The notes under the pieces are model-generated. The model saw only the letters and a list, made by a program, of their open reading frames with translations, did not search any database and was not told the DNA's origin. A stretch of DNA of 64,000 nucleotides, from the IMG/VR virus record IMGVR_UViG_3300048904_000337, positions 1 through 64,000 of that record; one strand, written 5' to 3'. The DNA is from a virus. Positions 18,371-26,614 of the stretch are shown in pieces (position 1 is the stretch's first letter; each line of letters starts with the position of its first letter). Made by a program: the position numbers and the translations under genes.

Positions 18371-19456
18371 TCACTTCCAGTTTTTGGACAATTCAAGCAA
18401 TGCCTTCATTGCCACTTTTGGCAGCCGAGGCATGCGCTTACTGTGGGTTTCATACCACTTTGACAAAATGTCATGTGGCGTGTCAAACTTTACAGTCGGT
18501 GGCTGCGCAATATATGACGCTGATTGCGTTACAACTGCATGAACTGTACTGCCAAAGTAACGCGGCTCACTTACGCCTACTGCTTTCAGCCGATCAACAT
18601 CTTCCGGCGTTTTTGCAATTGTTACACCGGGGTTGTTTTCTTTGAAAGCTTTTGCAGTTGCTTCTACTACTTTTACAGGAGCATTATACTGCGCGTACTT
18701 AAGATCGTACACCCCTTGCAGAATAAGTTCACTTGTCCACTCAGTGTCCGGCTGAGCAAACCACATTTCCTTGGTAACCCACAGTAGATCAAAGTCTGCC
18801 ACTGCCTGTCGATCGCGGTCCAACCTCAGATACTCGGGTTTGATGTCGTAGCCGAACTTCAGGTCTTCGGCTTTCTGGACAAATAAGCCATTGACATACA
18901 AGTGTCCAATATGCACTTCATCCAGCAAAATCCGTCCTTGCGGAACTTCGGAACGTAGACCGATTTCTTGGTTTGTTTGCATCTGCAGACAGGCATTACG
19001 GATTTGCTTGACATTTAAATCCGACAGCCCATTGATCGAAAAAGTCAAATTGCCTGGAGCGCCTTTACGGGTCTGCTCCCGAATTGACAAGACATCACAG
19101 CCGTACTTTTTAGAGGGCTCAAAGCAAGGAGTCCAAACCCGCTCACCATTGTAAACAGTTACCGGGAAGCCAAGTCGAGTCAGTACCAGCAGAGCCAGCT
19201 TATAGCCTTCGCCGTACTTACCAATAGAGGATGGATCATCTTGCTTAGTTGAAGCGCCAAGCAAAAGTGATGATGGCGGAAGAATTACGCCTACTGACGT
19301 GACTGTCAGATTGGTAAGCCCTTCATCTGAGTCGTTTTGTTCAAACGCATATTGGAATTCTGCTGTAGAATCGATGGCGTTCTGCAGCAATTCCTTGACA
19401 GCTTTGACCAGGTCCCAATGTGGTGCATAGTCCTTAGTCAGCGATAGTTGATACAT
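18371..19456 (-). CDS. GHKL (Hsp90/MutL/MORC-like) ATPase-fold protein
   Basis: ORF track gives 18371..19498. ATG 19454-19456 sits behind the GGAGGAAG RBS. N-box ELLQNAIDS and G2-box GKYGEGYKLA are present. No canonical DxGxG G1 box. Confidence 0.55.
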   Translation of the reverse strand: MYQLSLTKDYAPHWDLVKAVKELLQNAIDSTAEFQYAFEQNDSDEGLTNLTVTSVGVILPPSSLLLGASTKQDDPSSIGKYGEGYKLALLVLTRLGFPVTVYNGERVWTPCFEPSKKYGCDVLSIREQTRKGAPGNLTFSINGLSDLNVKQIRNACLQMQTNQEIGLRSEVPQGRILLDEVHIGHLYVNGLFVQKAEDLKFGYDIKPEYLRLDRDRQAVADFDLLWVTKEMWFAQPDTEWTSELILQGVYDLKYAQYNAPVKVVEATAKAFKENNPGVTIAKTPEDVDRLKAVGVSEPRYFGSTVHAVVTQSASYIAQPPTVKFDTPHDILSKWYETHSKRMPRLPKVAMKALLELSKNWK

Positions 19457-19640
19457 CGTCTTCCTCCAATCCATCTTCAGCTTCAATTTTAGCGGCAAAG
19501 GCTTCCGGCGTCATTGGCTTAATATAAGCCTTGACTGCGCGTCGAATCTCGTCTTGCGACATATCACGCACCAGAATTTCTTTCACTTTTTTGATAAAAC
19601 TCATCCAACCGTGTGGATGGTCTTTGATTACTTGTCCCAT
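19434..19640 (-). CDS. hypothetical protein
   Basis: ORF track gives 19434..19670. ATG 19638-19640 sits behind the AGGAAAG RBS. Confidence 0.45.
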   Translation of the reverse strand: MGQVIKDHPHGWMSFIKKVKEILVRDMSQDEIRRAVKAYIKPMTPEAFAAKIEAEDGLEEDDVSTIAD

Positions 19641-19873
19641 CTTTTCAGCTTTCCTCTGTATTTGTGCCAAACACCATTATTGCAGGCGTCTCGGATTTTG
19701 GTATATGTTAGCAACGATCTGCCTTCAACACCCATTCGGACTTCTACCCTTGGGCAGTTGCTCGGCGGAAACATTATCGGCTTTGGAAACTTTTCAGCGA
19801 CTACCGGAGCAGCTAGCGCAAATAGTAGCCAACAAAGGTAGATAAAGAAAATCCAACCTGGAAGTCTACGCAC
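19628..19873 (-). CDS. small secreted/membrane protein
   Basis: 81 aa with a signal-like N-terminus (WIFFIYLCWLLFALAAPVVA). Confidence 0.45.
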   Translation of the reverse strand: MRRLPGWIFFIYLCWLLFALAAPVVAEKFPKPIMFPPSNCPRVEVRMGVEGRSLLTYTKIRDACNNGVWHKYRGKLKRWDK

Positions 19874-19933
19874 AATAACCCCATAGACAAAGGCCAGCCA
19901 ACATTATATAGTAAGCTGGCCTTAGTTGTACAT

Positions 19934-20224
19934 CTATTTTTCTCGCACAATCCAGTAAGCTGCACCAAGACCTTGCGCATAGTCAGAAACTGCAGCAACC
20001 ATGTGGTTTATTTTCTCCTCATCACCACACTCACTCGACACATATACTGGAGAATCTGGATATTTGTCGGTAAAGTCTTGCTTCATGCGGATCATTCGGT
20101 CTTGACCCACAGCAGAACAGCTAGCCTCGCTTTGGTAGGTCTCGTTCCGGTAGACTTCGAACTGACAGCTGGTCTGCTCACCAACTGTCACGCACATACT
20201 CACAACCATTGAGAGCAGCATCAT
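19934..20224 (-). CDS. small Cys-containing secreted protein
   Basis: 96 aa with a signal-like N-terminus (MMLLSMVVSMCVTVG). Confidence 0.45.
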   Translation of the reverse strand: MMLLSMVVSMCVTVGEQTSCQFEVYRNETYQSEASCSAVGQDRMIRMKQDFTDKYPDSPVYVSSECGDEEKINHMVAAVSDYAQGLGAAYWIVREK

Positions 20225-20469
20225 TGCACATCCTCAATAAATTTTTCAATAGTGCGGGCAAGTGGAAGCCCATGCTTCATGGACAATTTTGCTGCATAAG
20301 TAAGAGCCTTACCTACGTCAGCAATATCAATTACCCAGTTGTAACCGAGATAAATAGACAAGTGCTGCTGTTGACCAAGCTCAACAACCTGAACGCCACC
20401 GCCATTACAGACAGTTGGCAAAACAGCGATAAGCGACGCGGAAAGCGAAAGACTTTGCGGGGTTGGCAT
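20221..20469 (-). CDS. hypothetical protein
   Basis: 82-aa ORF, coupled to its neighbours. Confidence 0.45.
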   Translation of the reverse strand: MPTPQSLSLSASLIAVLPTVCNGGGVQVVELGQQQHLSIYLGYNWVIDIADVGKALTYAAKLSMKHGLPLARTIEKFIEDVQ

Positions 20470-20745
20470 TCAGAAACCTCCTGATTCATGGTATGATTTA
20501 AGCTCGGCATTAATAGCTTTCAACGCCAAGATAAGCTGCTCTTCATAGTCTTCCACGGTGGGATACCGCTTGGAAGACAGGATTGTCATTGGCACATTTC
20601 TGTAGACAATAGAAAAACCCTCGTTAGCTGCATCTTGCCCAAACCAAATAGACTTCTTGAATTGGACGTCGCAGTTGTCGAGGTTTGCAAGTGCTACATC
20701 AAAGTTGCAGCGCTTTTCAGATTTGTACACATAGCTTAGCTGCAT
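20470..20745 (-). CDS. hypothetical protein
   Basis: 91-aa ORF. Confidence 0.5.
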   Translation of the reverse strand: MQLSYVYKSEKRCNFDVALANLDNCDVQFKKSIWFGQDAANEGFSIVYRNVPMTILSSKRYPTVEDYEEQLILALKAINAELKSYHESGGF

Positions 20746-20832
20746 TAGCCACCATTATCGAGAAGACATGAACTTACATGTGGGTTATACAGCAAAACCC
20801 GCAATTAAGCGGGTTGTTTGCCAAACTTATAG

Positions 20833-21057
20833 TTATTCAACTGGTATTACAGCTGGATAATACCACTTTATTTCTTCAAGGCACAGCCGTACCATCACAT
20901 CCGTTTTTGTAGAAACAGGACTAGCGTAGATTGAATCAAGTCTTTCAAAGGCGTCATCACCGCAAAAATAAACGTAACCATCGCCACGAACGGCTTCGAT
21001 GTCTAGCATAGGATAGGCTTTACGAATTGCACTATTAACAGCGAGCATGTTAGCCAT
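20833..21057 (-). CDS. hypothetical protein
   Basis: 74-aa ORF. Confidence 0.5.
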   Translation of the reverse strand: MANMLAVNSAIRKAYPMLDIEAVRGDGYVYFCGDDAFERLDSIYASPVSTKTDVMVRLCLEEIKWYYPAVIPVE

Positions 21058-21058
21058 G

Positions 21059-21202
21059 TTACATTACCTCCACAACAATCTTGTCAACATTCTCAAAACC
21101 AATTTGACGTACCAGCAAGCGGCAAGCCCAGTCTTTACCTTCAAAGAAGAAACCCGACTCGTAGGTTACGCCGTTGATGATTGCAGTAGCTTGATAGTAC
21201 AT
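21059..21202 (-). CDS. hypothetical 47-aa protein (not in ORF track)
   Basis: ATG 21200-21202 sits behind the AAGGAAA RBS. Sequence MYYQATAIINGVTYESGFFFEGKDWACRLLVRQIGFENVDKIVVEVM. Stop lies 1 nt before the next ATG. Confidence 0.45.
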   Translation of the reverse strand: MYYQATAIINGVTYESGFFFEGKDWACRLLVRQIGFENVDKIVVEVM

Positions 21203-21324
21203 GTTAATTTCCTTAAGTTTGTTAACTTGATGCGTTCATTATGCCAGCAGTCACTGCTGCTGTATAATTGATTGTTCATATCAAGTGACTATTTTGGCAT
21301 TAGAAATTTATATCAGCAAAGCAG

Positions 21325-21353
21325 TATACAGCCCCTCACAGCTTTGGCATAAT
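21325..21353 (+). promoter_or_regulatory. sigma70-like promoter
   Basis: TATACA, 17-nt spacer, CATAAT (GGCATAAT box). Confidence 0.45.
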
Positions 21354-21397
21354 GACTACATCAAATGCAAACAACCAAACACTTAAGGAAATCAAAA

Positions 21398-21643
21398 ATG
21401 GTCACTATCAATAGTAAACATGAAGCAGCAATGGTAATGCGCGATTTGGTTACTTCTCTGGAAGAGCAAGGCAAAGGCTTCCACTATGACGATAGCCCTT
21501 TTGAATACGACTGCTTCACTAAAGAAGAAGCTGAAGAAATCAGCGCCAAGCTGAAGCTGATCCGCAAATTCCTCGATGAGGAAGAGCTGTGGGAAGTTGT
21601 TTCTGACGCCCTCGGCTTAGACGATGAAGACGAAGAAGAATAA
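21398..21643 (+). CDS. small highly acidic protein
   Basis: ORF track gives 21365..21643. ATG 21398 sits behind AAGGAAATCAAAA. The C-terminus reads LGLDDEDEEE. Has its own promoter and terminator. Confidence 0.6.
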   Translation: MVTINSKHEAAMVMRDLVTSLEEQGKGFHYDDSPFEYDCFTKEEAEEISAKLKLIRKFLDEEELWEVVSDALGLDDEDEEE

Positions 21644-21664
21644 GAATAAGTTAACCAAATAAAA

Positions 21665-21697
21665 CAAACCCGCCTACTGGCGGGTTTTGTCTTTATT
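21665..21697. terminator. bidirectional intrinsic terminator
   Basis: AACCCGCC-tact-GGCGGGTT flanked by an A-run and TTGTCTTT. Serves 21398..21643 (+) and rtcB (-). Confidence 0.75.
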
Positions 21698-22934
21698 AGC
21701 CTTTAACGCATACGACTTGCCGTAGTGTATGGACGATTTCAACAAGATCAGACTGCGCAGCCATTACAGCATCAATGTCTTTGTAAGCTGCTGGTGTTTC
21801 GTCGATTACTTCTTCGTCTTTACGGCACTCAATGCCTGCAGTAGCCGCAATATGGTCTTCCAGAGTAAAGCGTTTTCGCGCCTCAGTTCGACTCATTGCA
21901 CGACCGGCACCATGTGAACAAGAGCAGAATGAGTCTTTATTACCTTTGCCTCGCACAATGAATGACTTTGCCCCCATGCTTCCAGGAATTATGCCGAGTT
22001 CGTCCTTTCCAGCGCGTACTGCGCCCTTGCGCGTCACCATTACATTTTCATTGAAATGGTTTTCCCAGCTGACGTAGTTGTGATGGCAGTTTACTGCAGA
22101 CTCATCCAAAGTAAATGGTTTTGGTACTGCCTCGCGCAAAGCCGCCACTGCAGCAACCATCATCAAGTCGCGATTGAGCCGCGCAAAATCCTGTGCCCAC
22201 TTAACAGCTTCACAGTAGTCATGAAATAAGTCGGACCCTTGCGGAAAGTAAGCAAGATCTTTGTCCGGCAAATTGATAAACCAGCGTTTCATATCCTCTT
22301 TGGCACGCTCAATAAAATAGCTACCAATTGAGTTGCCAATACCACGGGAGCCGGAGTGCAGCATGATCCAAACGCGGTCAGACTGGTCGAGACAGATTTC
22401 CACAAAGTGGTTACCGGTGCCAAGAGTACCGGCATGTGTTAATGCTCGACGCGCTGGCTTTTCCAACTTTGGATGCTTAGTTATAATTTTTTGGAGCTGA
22501 AGCATCGACGCTGTAAGTTCTGCTTCCAACTGGCCAGTTGCCTGCGGAGCAGAAACTCCCCAAGCGCCACGGTCACCCGGCATGCCATTGTTAGTACGGC
22601 CATGCGGAATACGTTTTTCAATTCCAGTGCGAAGAGAAAACAAGTTATCTGGCAAGTCGCTTGCAACAAGAGTTGTCCGTTGAGCGGCCATACCGCAGCC
22701 AATATCTACCCCAACAGCTGCTGGAACAATGGCGCCTTTGGTTGCAATAACACTACCCACAGTGGCGCCCATCCCATAATGGACATCTGGCATCACAGCG
22801 ATATGCGAATGCACAAATGGCAGACCTGCCAAATTGCGGAGTTGCTGTTTTGCAGCATCTTCGACTTGAACGCCACGCGTCCAAGCTTTGATTGGTTTGC
22901 CTGCGCTTTCAATAATTTCAAATTTATCTTTCAT
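21696..22934 (-). CDS. rtcB: RtcB 3'-phosphate RNA ligase
   Basis: 412 aa with MPDVHYGMG, GVDIGCGM, GTGNHFVEI, HSGSRGIGN, NCHHNY and SCSHGAGR: the complete RtcB signature. Confidence 0.9.
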   Translation of the reverse strand: MKDKFEIIESAGKPIKAWTRGVQVEDAAKQQLRNLAGLPFVHSHIAVMPDVHYGMGATVGSVIATKGAIVPAAVGVDIGCGMAAQRTTLVASDLPDNLFSLRTGIEKRIPHGRTNNGMPGDRGAWGVSAPQATGQLEAELTASMLQLQKIITKHPKLEKPARRALTHAGTLGTGNHFVEICLDQSDRVWIMLHSGSRGIGNSIGSYFIERAKEDMKRWFINLPDKDLAYFPQGSDLFHDYCEAVKWAQDFARLNRDLMMVAAVAALREAVPKPFTLDESAVNCHHNYVSWENHFNENVMVTRKGAVRAGKDELGIIPGSMGAKSFIVRGKGNKDSFCSCSHGAGRAMSRTEARKRFTLEDHIAATAGIECRKDEEVIDETPAAYKDIDAVMAAQSDLVEIVHTLRQVVCVKG

Positions 22935-23132
22935 TTAAACACCCTTCCCTTTGCACTCAAAGTGAGCATCTTTGTTGCCATTACGTTTGAGCTCGGCTAC
23001 CATTTGAGCACCTTGCGAACGGCAGTCTGTGAAGCTGTGGGTTTCTACTTGCACAACAAGAGTTGTGTACGACTGCCCAGCAAAAATCAGCAAAAGTACT
23101 TTAAGCATTTTCAATACTCCACTCTTTTTCAA
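22935..23132 (-). CDS. small secreted protein
   Basis: 65 aa with a signal-like segment (LKVLLLIFAGQS). The start is uncertain. Confidence 0.4.
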   Translation of the reverse strand: MKKSGVLKMLKVLLLIFAGQSYTTLVVQVETHSFTDCRSQGAQMVAELKRNGNKDAHFECKGKGV

Positions 23133-23298
23133 GTAACAGTTTGGCTTCGAGAACTATGCAGCTGTCTTCATGCCTAATCTTCCAGTCAGGAGCATACTCA
23201 GAACCATCACAATGAATGCAACAGTCAGGATATATACCGCCATCTACTCGGAAGCGAGAAACAATAGCTTCAGCAAGCCGTTTGGTAATTAAGAGCAT
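23101..23298 (-). CDS. small Cys-rich protein, paralogous to N-terminus of 26171..26614
   Basis: ORF track gives 23101..23379. ATG 23296-23298 sits behind the GGAGGG RBS. LAEAIVSRFR...CIHCD...PDWKIRHEDSCIVLEAK aligns with MAEAILKTYR...CLHCD...PLWIITHSPDCIVLKCK. Confidence 0.5.
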   Translation of the reverse strand: MLLITKRLAEAIVSRFRVDGGIYPDCCIHCDGSEYAPDWKIRHEDSCIVLEAKLLLEKEWSIENA

Positions 23299-23486
23299 GC
23301 ACCCTCCTTCCAGCCTTGAATAAATTGACGGCGAAGCTTTGCTGCTCGATCGCCACTTTCGCGAAGCTCTGCAGGACAATTGGCTGCAAAGTCAGCAAAG
23401 TGCTCAGCATTTATACCAAGTTCAGCTCTTGTAAAGAAGCCTTCTTGATAAGCTTCTTCATTTGTCCAATCGAGAAACGTTCCCAT
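23289..23486 (-). CDS. hypothetical protein
   Basis: ORF track gives 23289..23525 (TTG start). The internal ATG 23484-23486 is preferred. Confidence 0.4.
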   Translation of the reverse strand: MGTFLDWTNEEAYQEGFFTRAELGINAEHFADFAANCPAELRESGDRAAKLRRQFIQGWKEGACS

Positions 23487-23553
23487 AAATATTCCAGTTT
23501 GCTGCTTATACTGGCAAAGCCCCAATTAAGGGGCTTGAGGTGGGTGGGGTCGC

Positions 23554-23682
23554 TTATGGCTTTTCAGTTCCGATAATGAACCAGCAGCCTTCTGAATCCT
23601 GACCCCAACAAAGAACGTCGCCTTTGTAATAAGAAAGAGTATTCATCATGCCATCATAACCACTGCAAATTAGCTTGTTCAT
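23554..23682 (-). CDS. hypothetical 42-aa protein (not in ORF track)
   Basis: ATG 23680-23682 sits behind the GGAGCA RBS. Followed by the hairpin AGCCCC-ttaatt-GGGGCT plus TTTG. Confidence 0.3.
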   Translation of the reverse strand: MNKLICSGYDGMMNTLSYYKGDVLCWGQDSEGCWFIIGTEKP

Positions 23683-23790
23683 TTCGTCTTGCTCCGTTAT
23701 TCGTTTCGATGATTCATTGTACAGCAACTACTCATCAATAGGCAATCAATAATTCTAATGACAATCTTAAGCGGCCATATGAACAATCAA

Positions 23791-23820
23791 TTGGCTTTCT
23801 ACAATTGGCGGCTTTATAAT
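23791..23820 (+). promoter_or_regulatory. sigma70-like promoter
   Basis: TTGGCT, 18-nt spacer, TATAAT. Confidence 0.45.
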
Positions 23821-23853
23821 GAACCAACATCAATGAGTATGTGAGGCAACAAA

Positions 23854-24132
23854 ATGAAGCAGTATAACAAGCAAGAAATGCTGTCATTGTTCGTAGCAAA
23901 CAAAATGCAAATCCAAGTCACCAACTCCTACAACCTCCAGCATTGCGGTATTGCATTAACAGTTGAAGAAACCAAAGACTTTGCTGACCACCCAAAAGTG
24001 TATAGTCGTCCTTCTGATAATTTTGGCCGCTTTTGCTTGGTAGTATGGCTTCTTGAAAAAGGTTCAGTGTCAGTACTTCCTGTGGATATTGCTGAAGTGG
24101 CCGATGAGTTGTATAAAATTTTCCACAGTTGA
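23854..24132 (+). CDS. hypothetical protein (opposite-strand island)
   Basis: 92-aa ORF with its own promoter and terminator. Confidence 0.6.
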   Translation: MKQYNKQEMLSLFVANKMQIQVTNSYNLQHCGIALTVEETKDFADHPKVYSRPSDNFGRFCLVVWLLEKGSVSVLPVDIAEVADELYKIFHS

Positions 24133-24144
24133 TTCAACAGCCAA

Positions 24145-24178
24145 AATAAACCCGCTTGATTGCGGGTTTATTTGTTTA
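24145..24178. terminator. bidirectional intrinsic terminator
   Basis: AACCCGC-ttgatt-GCGGGTT followed by TATTTGTTT, with an A-run upstream. Confidence 0.75.
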
Positions 24179-24184
24179 TGGCAG

Positions 24185-25075
24185 TTACTTGCCGATATTG
24201 ATAGTGAGATTTTCGATTTTCATTATGCCGCTACTGACTTTTAAGGCAGCTTTGAGCTGTTCACCCACAGTGCCTGATACTTCCTCAGCCAAAGGCGAAG
24301 GGCTTTCCACTTCACCGGTTCGCGGCGGTCGCTCAACCAAATCCCAGTTTTGGTCACAGTAAGCCGCACATTCACACGCGAGTTTGAATGAAACTGGCTT
24401 GTCATTCATATAGCAGTGAACTACTTGGGCGAGTAGTTCTTGCTGGCGCTTGATAATCTCATTTGCGTGGTCAAGCTCTGGGCTTGGAATAGTCATTTCC
24501 GGTTCCTCTTTCTTTACGCGGCTGGGATTTTCATAGCGCTCAAAGCGGTAGTTTGGGCCTACTTTTGCTTTTACTGCTGACTCGCTAAACAATGGCCAAC
24601 CTTCCAGCATTTCCTGCGGGAAGTAAACTGTACCTGGAAGTTCAGCAACATTGACCTGCATACGTGTCAGCCAAACTTCATCAATTAAGTCCTGCTCAAA
24701 AGCCTGCCTAAAAATTTCAGCCCCACCAATAATGAATATTCGGTCTTTACCACGGCTGATAGCTTGCTTCAAAAGCTCTGGTACTGCATAGCAAATACCG
24801 GACCAAATACCATTACAGCCGATAGTATTGGGCGTGATGCAGCCTAAAAGCTTTTTGTCTTTGGTCAGTACATGGCACTCCCGGCCAGGCAGTCGCACCA
24901 CGCCTAGAACTCCACTCCTGGGCAAAGACTCCCAAGTTTTCCGGCCCATCAAGACAGTATGCCCCATTGTTTCCTTCTGGAAGTTAGCCAAATCTACTGG
25001 CGAATTCCATGGAAGCTTGCCATCAACGCCAATGACGTTATTGAGTGATGCCGCTACAATTGCAATTACTTTCAT
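24185..25075 (-). CDS. dihydrofolate reductase with ~125-aa C-terminal extension
   Basis: ORF track gives 24185..25135. ATG 25073-25075 overlaps the upstream stop (ATGA). IVAASLNNVIGVDGKLPW and LMGRKTWESLP are DHFR signatures. The region after about residue 170 is an unrelated extra domain. Confidence 0.75.
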   Translation of the reverse strand: MKVIAIVAASLNNVIGVDGKLPWNSPVDLANFQKETMGHTVLMGRKTWESLPRSGVLGVVRLPGRECHVLTKDKKLLGCITPNTIGCNGIWSGICYAVPELLKQAISRGKDRIFIIGGAEIFRQAFEQDLIDEVWLTRMQVNVAELPGTVYFPQEMLEGWPLFSESAVKAKVGPNYRFERYENPSRVKKEEPEMTIPSPELDHANEIIKRQQELLAQVVHCYMNDKPVSFKLACECAAYCDQNWDLVERPPRTGEVESPSPLAEEVSGTVGEQLKAALKVSSGIMKIENLTINIGK

Positions 25076-25392
25076 GATAAAATCTCGACTGTATAGTGAA
25101 AAATATTGCCGCCCTGTGGGGTAGACGAGACACAATGGGCAATATCTGCATGTCGTAGTTTATCTGCAGTGGCAAATGCCTTGTCTTTATTTTGACCAAA
25201 GTTAATCAGTACAATAGGCACACTAGCAGTTTTGCGCGGCCAAGCCTTCTTGCTGGTCCAGTCGTGAAATGCTACTGCCCAGTCACTGAATAGCGTCAAA
25301 GCCATGAGCGGATGTGCAATCCCGTCATGGACAAGTGCCCAGAGCAGTTTCTCTTCCTGGTTTGCGCAGGCTTTACGCGGGTCTGTCTGCAT
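25072..25392 (-). CDS. hypothetical protein
   Basis: 106-aa ORF, coupled to the DHFR gene. Confidence 0.5.
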   Translation of the reverse strand: MQTDPRKACANQEEKLLWALVHDGIAHPLMALTLFSDWAVAFHDWTSKKAWPRKTASVPIVLINFGQNKDKAFATADKLRHADIAHCVSSTPQGGNIFHYTVEILS

Positions 25393-25696
25393 CTTCCAAT
25401 TCCTTCTTCAAAAATTCACGAAGCCCAGTCAGCCACTCAAGCCCATCGTCTGGGCAGGCCTTCCAAGCTTCTTCAACTTTGGCTTGAAATTCAAGCAATG
25501 ATTGACGTCTAACATTTTCGAGCATTTTAAAATATTTAGCTGTTACAGCTTCCAGCTCTGGAGTTGGTACTAAGCGTGTTTGGCCTAGCATTCTTTCAAT
25601 TAGTGAAGGCGGAGGAGCAGCAGGCGCAGCTGGCCGGCTAACTTTATACTCCTCTGGCATTTGATTAGGCTCTTTTGCAGTCACTGCTACCTCCAT
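25373..25696 (-). CDS. hypothetical protein
   Basis: 107-aa ORF. Confidence 0.5.
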   Translation of the reverse strand: MEVAVTAKEPNQMPEEYKVSRPAAPAAPPPSLIERMLGQTRLVPTPELEAVTAKYFKMLENVRRQSLLEFQAKVEEAWKACPDDGLEWLTGLREFLKKELEDADRPA

Positions 25697-25755
25697 CCAA
25701 ATAAAGAAACCGCGAAAGGTATTCTAACGCGGCTTATAGTTGTTTGTATATAGCA

Positions 25756-26178
25756 TTAGCCAACTTTGCGGAAAGATTTGACATCGGCCCAGTCTGCTGG
25801 TTCACCAGCATTGAAAATGAGCACGCTATCGTCAGATCGAATGATTTTCACTGTATCATGTAAAGTAACGAAACTAGGCTTCAAAAATTTATCGTCCAAG
25901 TCAAGGTTTACATTCACCCAGAGCCCATCACCGTAGACTGACTGTGGGTTTTCAGTGATAAAACGCTTTGGTGCTGGCTCAACTTGGGCTTCAACTGCTG
26001 TTGGCATAGTGCTTGCCAGTAACATACAGTCAGCTAGTCGATAAGCAGATGCAGCCATGCTGGTGCAAATGCCAGCGTTCATCGACATTGGGCGGGCTTT
26101 TCGGAGTAGCTCCATAACAAATTCTTTGGCCAGCTCGTCACGTTTTTGGCGACGAGCATCGCCGATAAGGTTACTCAT
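25756..26178 (-). CDS. hypothetical protein
   Basis: 140-aa ORF. Confidence 0.55.
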   Translation of the reverse strand: MSNLIGDARRQKRDELAKEFVMELLRKARPMSMNAGICTSMAASAYRLADCMLLASTMPTAVEAQVEPAPKRFITENPQSVYGDGLWVNVNLDLDDKFLKPSFVTLHDTVKIIRSDDSVLIFNAGEPADWADVKSFRKVG

Positions 26179-26614
26179 TTGTTACTCCCGTTACTTGGTC
26201 AATGGTTTCAACCATTGTTTGGTGGAATGCTGCGCGTTTTCGATAGTGTTTGACATCACTTTCGCGAAGGTCAGAATCGTCAGCGTATTTGGCCAAATTT
26301 TTGACAGCATTCGCATGGTATTCACGGAGTTGTGCACGTTCAACTTCTAGCGGTTCCGGCATGACGTTAATGCGTTTAATACGGCCAGCATATTGAGCGT
26401 AAAGTGACCAGTTGATTGGCGCTGGAGGATTTTCTTGCACCTTTTTCAGATGTTTGCACTTCAGTACGATGCAGTCTGGACTATGAGTGATAATCCATAG
26501 TGGTGCCTGCCCGGCCTGTTCGCAATCGCAATGCAAGCAAACATACCGGCTTACTGTGTCAGCATGGCGGTACGTCTTGAGAATTGCTTCAGCCATTTCG
26601 AGCATGATAGTCAT
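26171..26614 (-). CDS. hypothetical protein with N-terminal Cys-rich domain
   Basis: 147-aa ORF. Its N-terminal domain is paralogous to 23101..23298. Confidence 0.55.
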   Translation of the reverse strand: MTIMLEMAEAILKTYRHADTVSRYVCLHCDCEQAGQAPLWIITHSPDCIVLKCKHLKKVQENPPAPINWSLYAQYAGRIKRINVMPEPLEVERAQLREYHANAVKNLAKYADDSDLRESDVKHYRKRAAFHQTMVETIDQVTGVTNE

